Below, piece by piece: positions 37,673-49,900 of a DNA stretch of 64,000 nucleotides. A model generated the notes under the pieces. It saw only the letters and a program-made list of their open reading frames with translations, searched no databases and was not told the DNA's origin. Source of the stretch: Selaginella moellendorffii (lineage: Eukaryota > Plantae > Lycopodiophyta); the NCBI RefSeq assembly GCF_000143415.4, contig NW_003314287.1:456203-520202 (forward strand), written 5' to 3'. The translations under genes and the position numbers were made by a program. Positions within the stretch are counted from its first letter, which is position 1. Every line of letters begins with the position of its first letter.

Positions 37673-40600
37673 TATGGATGCCATTCTTGAGGCTAGCAAG
37701 CCCCAAGTCTAGAATAAAATTTATGGAGGTTGTGAGTGAGACTCCTCCAAATGGTCAAAGGTGTGGTTAAGTGCCTAAAGTAAAATGGAAATTTAATTGT
37801 TTACAATTTGGTATCGGAGTTGTTCCTTAGTCCAACTCTTATTGGTGGTCAAGTATATCACTACTTGTCTTGGCATCAGAAGGTTCTAGAAGTGGAACTA
37901 TCCTCAAGGAGTAGCATGTCAAAAGAGCATGACTTTTCACCTTAGTTCATAAATGAATATGGTAGCAATATGGTGGATAGAAAGAGGCCAATTTGGGAAC
38001 AACTTTGGGATCTTGGGAACAATAGATGGTTTTCCCTCAGAGAGTTGAGGATGTGACCCACATAAGTGTTTGACTTAGTAAATTGGCTAATGTGGTTGTA
38101 GTAAACAATTACAATTGGGATCACGAGAATGATGGAAATTCCTAGACGATAAAAGAGTCATAAATGACTGTGGAAGGTCAAATACTAATAAAGATATGAG
38201 TCCTTGAAATGATAGTCAGGGCTACCTTTTATAAATGCTAGAACAACCCCAGGAGTTGGGGGTGTACTTGGAGAATGAATCGGTATTCTTATCATACGGA
38301 CAGATAATCCTAAGGGGCAAAAGTAGCTTATATGAAACAAAGAATAATCAAGTGTCGAAGTAACACTTGCAAAGATAGTCCTTTTGAATAGGATATTAAT
38401 ACAAGAAGTTGTATTCCTCAAAAAATAAGATCTCACAAGTCATCGAATTAGCAAAGTCCAAAAAATCTAGATGACTCAAGTGGAGTCAAGGAATGGGTAT
38501 AAAGGATTGGTAGGAGCATTTGGATTGAGGTATGTTGTGCCCCACAAAGGCTAGGGAAGATCATAAAATCCAAGTATGAAAACTAAAGGTATCTCATTGA
38601 TGGTAAGATGTGCCATACTAAAGTTGTAGGAAAGGTGTTCCCAGAAGAAAGTAACTTTGGCATAAAGTTGTGTATAAACACTATAGTGTAGTATTAATTG
38701 ATAGTTGGTATAAGAAACAATTATTTTGGTCTTAATAAAGGCCCAGACACAAATTTAAAGTGTTGTAAAGGTAAGCTTGTAAAGCCGATGGTGTGGAGAC
38801 ACCAAGTCTCCCAAAATATGATGCTTTGAGGTCAAGTTAGTCCTCTTGCTAAATGAATCCCAATGAAAATGGGAATGGCATAGCCTAAGCTAGAAAGTAT
38901 GTAGTTAGAGTATGGTGACTCAAATAATAATGGAGGTGTGGAAGCACCAGCAATGAGTTGTAGGACTCGACAACTATGAGGCAACTAAATAAAAGATGCA
39001 AAATAATTGATTGGATTGGTAAAAATTAACTACATAAGACTTTGTATTGGGATAAAGAGGTTAAATATACCCCTTCGGGTGATAAATTGCTTAAGTTGAA
39101 ATATAGTAAGTCAATGTCGTAAAGGGAAATGCTTATTGTAAAAAAAGGTTATCATTGGGACACCTAAATACTCTAAAATATCAAGGAGTGATATTTGATA
39201 TTATGAGGGCATTAGATAAGGCCCAAGGGACTAAATCTCTAGCAAATAATGAATGTTATCTAACGTCCAAGGTTGCGGAGACGAGAGAAGTCCATCTATC
39301 TGAATTGGACAAAGTTAAAAAGGGATTTTTGGCATGGCTCGCAATGGGCATAAAGAGGCCCATGCATAGTGATGTTAATCCCGGTGTGTGGGATTACATG
39401 GTGAGCATATCCAGATTGAAGAACCACTCTCTAAGAAATTAAATAGGTTCATCCTTAAGAATACTTGCTAAGGCATTGTGGAAAGTGCAAAATTACCCTT
39501 TTAGACGGGAGGAGAATACCTAAAGGGAAGACATAAGGCCAAAAAGTAAGTAATAAAAGGATAAAACCGAACTATATAAATCAAAGGGCATAACTAAAGG
39601 TGGTTATGCAAGTTAGGAGTGGAGAATTAAATGGGTGCTCGAACATTATTATTAACAACTGTGACGCCATAGAGAATCTAAAATATGGAATTGTCCATGT
39701 TAAACCATATGGCAATTAGAAAACTTGTGAAAGGAGAGGCTTTAGTAAGCTAAGAGATAGAGTCCCTTCAAGGTTCCCAAAGATAATTCTAAATGGATTC
39801 GTACTTAGAAAACTAAATGTAAATGGTTCATAGAATGTGCAAAATTAAAGTGGCACAGCAGAAACATAGTCTTAACTTGCTATGAGGTGAGGCTATCAAG
39901 GTTAGAGAAGTAATCTCTGATTGTTCAAAGAAATGGCTTTGAATGAAAGTTGATAGTTAAGGACTTTCACATTTATATATAAAACTATGTTACGCTAGTC
40001 GGGTAACTTGTTAAGTGAGATTGGCAAGTCAGGGGGGAACAAACACCTTAGTTGAAGGTGTTCACTTCAAAAGGGGTGGCTCATGAGGCCAGGCATGGGA
40101 GGAGTTCATGCATGATCATAAATTTGTCAAGTGAGAGGACTTGGCAGTTCGGAGGAATTAAATTATGATCTATAACACACTTTAAGTATAAGTTGGTGCA
40201 CTATCATGGAGAGTCATGCCAAACATTTTGGGTGATGTCGCCTGTAGATGCATATGTAGAGGTTGGGTTTGAGTCCCAACTCTCTAGTGCATGGGTTCAA
40301 GTCCCAATTTACTAAGGTGTGGTGATGATTTGGAATATGAGGACACTCATGTTTTGGTAGTCATAGACTCTCAGTAAGGACATTGGCTTAGGCACACCCC
40401 TAAGTGGGGGATGCCCCCGAGTCATGATGCACAGTTAGATTGTTTAGTATGAAAGCTTGATATATCTAACTTGAACACTTTGGTGCAAGTGGCACCAAGG
40501 ATGTGGTGAATGAGATGGGAACACCTAATCTCAATTGCTATAGACCCTTGGCCAAAAGGGCTGGCTTGGGCACACCGCTAAGTGTAAGGGATGCCCCTAG

Positions 40601-43600
40601 GGTCATAGTCAACAATTTAAAAGTCTAGAAGACCTAGTACTTATTGGCAAACCTATTAAAGTGTCAAGGTTAGATCATTAGGTGATTTTACGGCTAAGCA
40701 AGGATGAGGTCCTTGTGAGGTTAAGGAATAAGGTTCCTAGTTCAAAGTGTTGATTTGAACTATTGATAATAGTGTGGCTTGGTCAAAGTGACCAAGTGAA
40801 AGGACACATAAGGGAAATGAACTATGACAATACAATAATTATGTAAGTTCAAAAAAAATAGTCTCCAAGGAAGGACCCATGGGTGGGTCACAACGTTAAA
40901 CCATAAATAAAACTTAGAGTAGAAATTATTAGGGAGACTTACTAGGGGTGAACACCCCCTAGGTTTGGCAAAATAAAGCCTTTGCTATGGAACAAAAATG
41001 ATACCTCGAGGATGGAGGTAGTGATTCTATGTTATTTGGTGCAACAATCAAAGGATAGAAGCAAAAAACTTTTAGCCAAGAATGGGCTATAAAAATCATT
41101 GGAAGGAATCCAAATGACAATGTTAGGCGAGGAAATATTCATGTGTTAAATGCTAACAGATTGTGAGAAAGGAAATATATTTCCAAGGATTGATTCCTAA
41201 ATGCTCTAATTTGGTGAAAGTGAAAGCTCCAAGGGAAAGAGCAGCAAGGTAGCCAAATGATAAGGTTGAGGACAGCCCTAACACAAATTATGGGAAAATA
41301 GAACTTAGTGCCTAGGATGGCACGAAATAAGAGAGAGGATGATGGTGCCCTCAAATAGAGAACTTTATAAAATGGGGAAGTGGTGTTTTCACAATAAGTG
41401 CAATGCAAGTGTCGCGCACGTGGTTTTGACCCTTTATCCTATGGTGATTTACCATAGGATAACGCCACAAAGCGGAATCTAAACCCTTTTTATGCCACGT
41501 GACATGCCACGTGTCATATGCCACATGTCCAAAATAGTGGTGCGCAACCCAAGGTTTAGGGCCTTGGGCCACTGAACGAAGGAACAGTGCCAAACTCCCA
41601 AGCATAAAGCCAAGGAGTGGAGGAACCGAACCATGGAGCAACTCTAGAGCATACAACTCAAGGAGCGAAGGGACAAACACCATTGTGTTCAAGCCGGTCT
41701 CCATAGATATGCCAAATGAGCAAATCTAGACACTTTCCATAAATAGCATTTGGGACCGAAATGAGACTAACACAAAGGGCATGATAGCGAGGGTGTTTGG
41801 CAGATATGGTAAGCTATCATCCAGCGATATTGAGGGACCAATCTCAATATGCGAGGGTTCTTATCACTAGCCAGTGCAAGACATAACGAGACAAAGCTAA
41901 AGCCAAATCATCAACATTATTTTCATCAAGACTAATGAAACTCAATATCAATCCTTGGAAAAATATCTCATTTCACTTAAATCTTAATATCAACAATGTC
42001 AACGACAAGGCATCACTTCAATGCCATCAACATTAAAACAAAGCTAGAAGTAAGCAAGAGTGAATCACCACTCAAAACTCCCTAGCAACTAAGCTAACCA
42101 AGGTCAAAGATACTTTACTCAGTATTCGAGACCAATCCTTCAGCAAAAAAACCTAGTTATAGATAACACTTCCTCAAGGAGTGAATCACCACATTCAAGA
42201 CTCCATGAAATCCAACACTACAAACTAAAGGTATCCAAATGATATTGACAAAGATAGAATCAATATACCAATATAGAAAAATCATATAAGTCTAACGACA
42301 CGATCCTCCGCAACACCATTTGGTAAAGCAAGCCCATCACTGCTAAATCATCATCGAGCAAAGCAAGTGTCAACAGTCCTCGACTAAGTCTATAAGTAAT
42401 CACTAGTCGCAAAGCAACTGTCAGGAATCCCCCAATTCTTGCCACATTCCTGACTCTCGCCGGATTCCTGACCTGCAAACCACATTCCTGATTCTCGAGA
42501 CACTTCCCTATTCCTGACTTTCGAGACACTTCCCTATTCCTGACTCTCAAGATACTTCCCTATTCCTGACTCTCGAGACACTTCCCTATTCCTGACTCTC
42601 TGATTTCCTGTACGATTCTTGAGTCTCGAGCCACATTCCTGATATTGATGTGGCACCTCCTCAACCTCAGCTATATTTAGGCCATCCTCGATCCAAGAGT
42701 GGTGGAGCTTCATCAACCTATAGTATATATAGGTTAGCCTTGTTCCATTTCTCCACAATCTGAATCAATGCTAGTCTAAGGCCTCTTCTTTGTTTCCACT
42801 AGCTTTTCTCTTTGTCTTTTGCATTTTCCAGTCTTGATCTTGTTGGGGGTCTTGACAGTTTGATTCAGATTGTGCTTTTTGCTTTTGCTTTAGTTTGTTT
42901 CGATTATTTGATTGCCTTTGTCTTTTTCCCCCTTCTTTTTTCTTTCTTCTTGCCGATGGAATCTCCAAGCCATCCTGATTTCTTTGCCGAAGTCCTTGCA
43001 AAAATCCAGTCTGAGAATACCGAGCTGAAGGCGACCCTTCTTCGCATGCAGGAGGAGCTTGCTTCACTTTCAGCTCAAGGATCCAGCAAAGTTCCTAAAC
43101 CGAAGGTGAGTTTCCCGGCATAATTTTCAGGCAAGCGTTCGAAGCTTCGTGGATTTTTGAACCAAATAGAGCTGATCTTTGCACTTCAACATCGGCGGTA
43201 CCCCACTCCCGAGTCTCAAATCGGCGCGATTGGGACGTTGCTCGAAGGTGCAGATTTGTCATGGTTTTCTCCTCTTCTGGAGAAGAGCATGAAAGGGGTC
43301 GTGGTTCCGGAGCTGATGGATCTTCAATTGTTCAAAGAGAAGCTCGAAGCATGTTTTGGCGAGATGGATCGGGTTTGGGCTGCTACCACAAAGATGAGAC
43401 GTCTCTCTCAGGGGTCTCGTCCTGCCTCGATCTACGCTGCAGAGTTCCAACTCCTTCCCTTGGACACTCAGTGGGATGAGCAGGCCCTGGTTGACCAATT
43501 TCGTTTTGGCCTCAACAACGGTGTCAAGGATTTGTTGCTCACCATGGAGGATCCCAAGGACCTGTCGGACACCATCAACAAAGCTGTTCGATGTGACAAT

Positions 43601-43961
43601 CGTCTCTTTGAACGTCATCAGGAAAGTCGCCGTGCTGCTGTTTTTCCGTCCCAGACTTAGCAATCCCAGCTTGAGTCTTCGGGGCATACTCCTGAACCTA
43701 CTACTCCGGTCCCGATGGATATTTCTAGTACTCCCTGACTCATTAGAGGGAAGTTGAGTCCTACTGAGAAGCAACGTCGAATATCTCATAATCTTTGCCT
43801 CTACTGTGTTGATCCTAATCACAAAGCAGCTGTGTGTCCCAAGAAGCCTCCCCAACTACTCGAGTTCACTCTGCCTCAAAGTCCACCTCTGTTGCAGTCG
43901 GGAAACGACCCTGTCCAAACAGAGTAGGAGCTGTCTGTTTGGACTCCCCGAATAAAAATCA

Positions 43962-46900
43962 TGTAAGGAACCGACTCCCCGAGATGTCGTAGGCTAAAGG
44001 ATCCCCGAAAGCATGACCGAAATGACAAAGAGTTCATCAGATGGGACCAAGTCGAAGATCGAGTCCAAGACCGACTCTGAGACCGAGTTCGAGATAGAGT
44101 CCGGGATCGAGTCCGAGACCAAATCGGAGACTGAGTTCGAGACCGAGTTCGAGACAGACTGGGGCCGAGGGGCCTTGGGTGGGAGTGAGCATGGGCTTGA
44201 GTGGTGCCGAAGGGGACACCCAGGGATGTGTTCAAGAGCAGCTCCCACTCCCGAAAGGGAAACCGACTGCGGTGCTCCTGGCTCATGTGGAGTGGTGTCC
44301 CACGTGAGTACCTTGTGGCTCATTGGTCCTCGCCCTTCCTAGGGGCTTGGGCCTTCCCTTTGGGATGGAAGTGGGGGGGTAGAGGTACCCATACCGGGCT
44401 GTTAGGCCACGGTGTTTCGCCCCGACGTTCCGAAGCAAGTGTTGCACCCAAGGCTTGGGATTTAGAGGGTCCCATGATCAAGTCTTGTGGTACCAAGGGG
44501 TATTAGGAATCTGGAGGCTTGGTGTGCCTGGCTGCTTATGTCTGCGGGGAGTGTAGCCGAACCTTAAGTCCAGTCTAACCCAGGGAGGGGGATTGGGAGA
44601 GATTTGGGAATCCGTAGATGGATGGCTAACACTCTGTTGCTTGTGCTGTGAGTAGCTGAAACCAAGTAGGACCAAGTAAGAGCTGGTACCATAGGCGAGA
44701 ACCTTGGCGAGGGAACTTAGCACAAGTCAAGGCAGAGTTGGTCGGATAGACGAGGTAAGTTGGCAAATTGCAAAAGAAAAATTTGCGGCTTACAATTTGG
44801 TATCAGAGCCTTTTCCTCAGTTCTAGCGAAGGATAGAGGCGGATTGCTGGGAGATGGCAAAGGCGGGGCGTAAGCAAACCTAGGCGGAGACAGAACCTCC
44901 GCTAGAGCTAGAGCCTCCGGTCGAACAAGAGGCTATGGATGAGGAATCCTTGCATGAGGAGGACTCCAGTGAGGAAACTTCCAAATAGGAGTCCGATGGT
45001 GAGGTTCGGTTGTCCAAGGCTCGATTGGACGTTCTAGAAGGACAATTGGCGTAGACTAATGCCCTGCTGGAGACTCTCGTACGCAAGCTAAAGCGTGACG
45101 AGAAGCGAAAGAAAAAGCGAAAGACTGCGGATGCTGGCAGCGCAGAAGGTGCGGACCCTTCGGCAGAGACTGAGGCAAAACCAGACAAGGTCAAATAGAC
45201 CGAAGTGGAATCAGTCCCTCTCCCAAGTACAAACCAAAGCCCCCACCGGTCTTCAAGGGAGTGAACGACTATAAGGTGGTGGAGGATTGGTTTTACGATA
45301 TGGAGGACTGCTTCCGAGCGTTGCGATTACCGAGCTTGGAGAAGGTCCCATGTGCAAAACCATACTTGGCAGATAATGCCAAGTCTTGGTGGAGAACGAC
45401 AGAGGCCAATGAAGGACCGGTGGCCACTTGGGAAATGATGAAGGTGAGGATCCGCGCAACTTACGTTCCTCCGAATGTTACTCTACATCTAAGGGATGAG
45501 CTGAGTAGGCTGAAGCAGACCGGAACCATTCAGGAGTATGTGAATGGGTTTATGGCAAAGAGGATACTTGTCACGGACATGGGGGATATGGATGCGTTCC
45601 ATGCCTTCATATCAGGTTTGCAAACCTGGGCTCGTGGTGAAGTGATGCGGTGGAACCGGTCCAACTACAAGGAAGCGTTGGATGCGGCCATCAAGGTGCA
45701 TTTCAACGATAACCTACGAAAGGGGAACACGACGGGGTTGGGATCCACATTTGGCAAAGGGGCCAAACCAAGAGGAACATTTAGCAGAGGGAAATTCAAG
45801 AAGAGTTTCTCTAAGAATGAGTCCTCGGGGTTCCGGAAAGGCAAATCCGGTGGCCAGCGAGCGAGTACGTGGGGGAGTCAAGCGAAAAGAGACAAACCCA
45901 CAGATAAGAAGGTCAAGTCGTATAGCAGCGTGGGAAACAACATATGCTACAACTGTGGTGAAGCGGGACACTTTTTGAGGGAATGTCCCTACCCGAAGAA
46001 GGCCAGAGCCAATATGGCCATCAAGTCGGGTGAAGTCCAGACTGAGGTATGTGATCCAGTCCCTAACTCAAAGTTACTCATTACCCGAGCAACTTTGGTA
46101 GAGAGTCGTTCGCGACATCTACTAGCCCTCCGGGGGAAGCTCGGAGGTAGCTTTGTTAAGATCCTTATTGACACGGGTGCTTCGGATAATTTTGTGGCTG
46201 CAGACATAGTCCGGCAAGCCGGACTAACAGTGTAGCAGCTAGGCGAACCAAGGACTATAGAGTTTGTTCAAGGTAGCCAAAGCACCGATGAGGTACTTCG
46301 ACAAGCGAGAGTCAAAGTAGGGACATGGAAAGTGGACATGGATTTCACCGTGTTAGACATGGCGGGATTTGACGTAATCTTCGGAATGGACTGGTTCAAT
46401 CGGTTCGTGGTAGCCCTGTATGGACAAGGTAGAAACCTTGTGGTACTGGCGAATGCCCAAGGAAGAAGATCCAGGGTGGAGGCCCAGGATCTAAAGGTAG
46501 GGCAAAGCAAGGCCAAAGAATCTTGCTTAAACCTGGTGTCCATGAGAGGACAACTCACTAAAGGAACTAAGGCAGCATTTTTGTGTTTACTCTCGGTAAA
46601 GAGTGACAAAAGGACAGGAACGGAAGAAGTACCTTTAGTGATCCAGCGGGTGTTGGACCAATTCCAGGATACCATGCCGGAGGAGCTACCGGCAGGGTTG
46701 CCCCCTACACGATCGATAGAACATAAGATTGAGCTGGTCGAGGGTACTTAGGCGGTGGTTCGTCCCCCCTATCGTTTGAACGAGAAAGAACTCGAGGATC
46801 TCAAGCGCCAACTAGAGGAGTTGGTGGACAAAGGGTATGTTAGGTTGAGCAAGTTGCCGTATGGGGCGCCAGTGTTATTTGTGAGAAAGAAAGATGGATC

Positions 46901-49900
46901 TATGCGCATGTGCATAGACTACCGGTTGCTCAACAAGTATACAAAGAAGAACAAGTACCCTTTGCCCAGGATTGAGGACCTGTTCGATAGGTTGGGAAAG
47001 GCAAAATACTTCTTGAGGATTGACCTAAGGTCAGGATACTACCAGATCAGGGTAGCTGAGGAAGACGTCGAGAAGACAACCTGTCGAACGAGGTATGGGA
47101 GCTTTGAGTTTCTGGTGATGCCCTTCGGGCTATGCAATGCACCGGAAACGTTTTTTACGCTGATGAACCACATCTTTGTACCCTATCTGGATCACTTCGT
47201 GGTCGTCTATATCAATGACATCCTGATCTATAGCGAGACGCTAGAGGAGCATGCCGAACACTTGGCGAAGGTGTTTGAGAAACTAAGGGAACACAAACTG
47301 TATGCTAAAAAGAGCAAATGTGACTTTGCTCAACAAGAGGTAAAGTTTCTCGGGCATGTGGTGGGCCAGGATGGGCTCAAGGTGGACCCAGAGAAGGTCC
47401 AAGCGATCCAGGAATGGGAGTGACCATCGAATGTACATGAGTTGAGGGCATTCCTGGGGCTATGCAACTACTATCAAAAGTTTATCAGACACTATTCGAG
47501 AGTAGCCCTGCCCTTAACGGACCAAACAGGAAAAGGGAAGATGGTATGGACAGCAGAATGCGAGGCGGCATTCGTCCACCTCAAAGGGAAGTTGAGGAAG
47601 GCTCTCGTATTGGCATTACCAAAATTTGGTAAGGACTTTGAGGTAGAAACGGATGCTTCAGACTTTGCGTTGGGCGCAGTTTTGAAGCAAGACAACCATC
47701 CGGTAGCGTTCTTCTCGAAAAAGTTGGACAAGGCTCAACGGAAGTGGCCTGCCCACGAGAAGGAATTGTTTGCGGTGGTCAAGGTGCTCAAGGAGTGGTG
47801 ACACTACCTTGGGAGACACTTCAAGGTTTACACGGACAATGTGGCAACGAAACACTTCTTGTCACAGCCCGACCTGAGAGGGAAACAAGGTCGGTGGGCC
47901 AATGCCTTGGCCGAGTTTGATTGCGAGATTCTGTACAAGCCTGGGAAGAGCAACATCATGGCGGATGCGCTAAGTCGAAAAGCGAGCTTGAGGTTGGCAA
48001 TATCCAGCGCAACAGCAACCTTCTGGGACGATGTGCGGACAGCATATGAGAACGATGGTCTAGCACAAGAAGTGTTGTTGAGGAATCTAGAGGCACGGGA
48101 AGCTCACCAGAGAGGTGAGCTGCCAACGGAAGAGAAAACGGGCTATGCAGAACGCAACGGACTCATCTATTACAAGCAAACGAGGGTGTATGTTCCAGAA
48201 GGGGAACTAAGGAAGGTGGCTTTAGAAGAGTGTCATGACAGACCTCTTGCGGGACACGGCGGAGTGCCCAAGACGATGGGCTTACTCAAAAGGAAGTACC
48301 ATTGGCCAGATATGGCTAAGGACGTCCAAGACTATGTAAAGACATGTCCAACATGTCAATAGGTAAAAGCCGTGACTAAGGCTAGTGGGGGCTTGTTGCA
48401 AAGCATCCCAATTCCAGATCGTCCGTGGAAATGTCTTACGATGGACTTCATCACGGGACTCCCCCCAAGCGAGGGTTTTGATGCGATATTCGTGGTGGTG
48501 GACCGATTTTCGAAAATGGCACATTTCATACCCACCACAACGGAGGTGGATGCGGAAGGTGTGGCGAAGCTATTCTTTGAACAAGTGGTTCGAGTGCAGG
48601 GAAGACCGGAAGAGATTATCTCAGATCGAGATAAAATCTTCACCAGTAGGTTCTAGAGGACTCTCCTGGAACAGTATCGCACCAAGTTGAAATCCAGCAC
48701 AGCCTATCACCCACAGACAGGTATGGGGTATTAAGTCAAGTTGTTGGCACTAACACTTCTTGACAGACGGACAAACGGAAAGGGTGAATAGGCAGCTGGA
48801 GGATTATTTGCGATGCTATGTTTTGGGAGACCAAACCGATTGGGTAAGTCATTTGGGACTTGTTATAACAACTCACCACATTCGAGTATCGGGGTGAGTC
48901 CATGGGAAGTCATCAATGGGCGAGCTATTGAAGGTCCTGTGGAACTCGGCGTGGCCGAGTATCATGGAGAGTTACCCGCAGTGGAGGCATTCACGGCGGA
49001 AAGACTCAACATTTGGAATCTAGTGAGGGATTCCTTGGAACGGGCTCAACAAAGGCAAACCAAATACGCGAACCAAAAGCGTCGGGATGTAGAGTTCCAA
49101 GCTGGGGAGAAGGTGTGGCTGAACACCAAGAACCTCAGGCTACCAAGTGGGATCAGCCAAAAGTTGACCCAAAGGTAAAGATGCATGTATTGTTGTAAAT
49201 GAATTGATCTTGAGTTCCTTAAGCAGGTTCGCAGGGCCTTACGAGATTGAGGCACGAATCGGTAAAGTGGCTTACCATCTCTGACTTCCTCGAGAGATGG
49301 GGAAGATGCACCCAATGTTCCACGTGAACTTACTCAAGCTGTACTTTGAGGATCCGCTTCGCAAGGACCAAGTGAGACCTTTACCTGAGGTTATCCAAGG
49401 GGAAGAGGAATACGAAGTCGAGGCCATCCTCAATGCGCGCAAGAGCAAGCGACAAGGACGCGAGGCGAGAGAGTTCCATGTGAAGTGGAAAGGATTTCCA
49501 CACTGCAAAGCAACATTGGAACCGGAGGAGAACCTAGCGAACGCGCGAGATCTAGTGGAGGAATTTCTGCAAGGCAGAACTTTATGTAGTTATGCAAAGT
49601 TCAATTAAAAATATCAATTTGCAAAGTTGAGCAAGTGGCATATGTTGGGACCCGAAGGCACGCCGAAGGTAAGCTAATTAGCATGGGTTAGCTAGGTCGA
49701 CCAGGCGTAGAGCACTACACCCGACTCCCCGCGGGGATGTCGAATCCGTAGATGTATTCTACGGAGGTTGGGTTCGAGTCCCAACCCCCTAGTAAAGCAA
49801 GGCTGGGTTCAAGTCCCGACCCCATACTAGGGCGTGGTGAGGTGAGGAGTATAGGGACACCTATACTCCGTTGTCATGGGCTCTTGGCCGGGGAGGCTAA

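Noticed and set aside
48846-48862. Possible third intron donor (GGTAAGT) in E's integrase
   Set aside because: The sequence translates as the expected DWVSHLGL; the frameshift here is a small deletion before CYNN, not an insert.
49574-49635. AT-rich segment after the chromodomain as a possible GC-AG intron
   Set aside because: The donor is weak and there is no conserved downstream motif to test the splice against.
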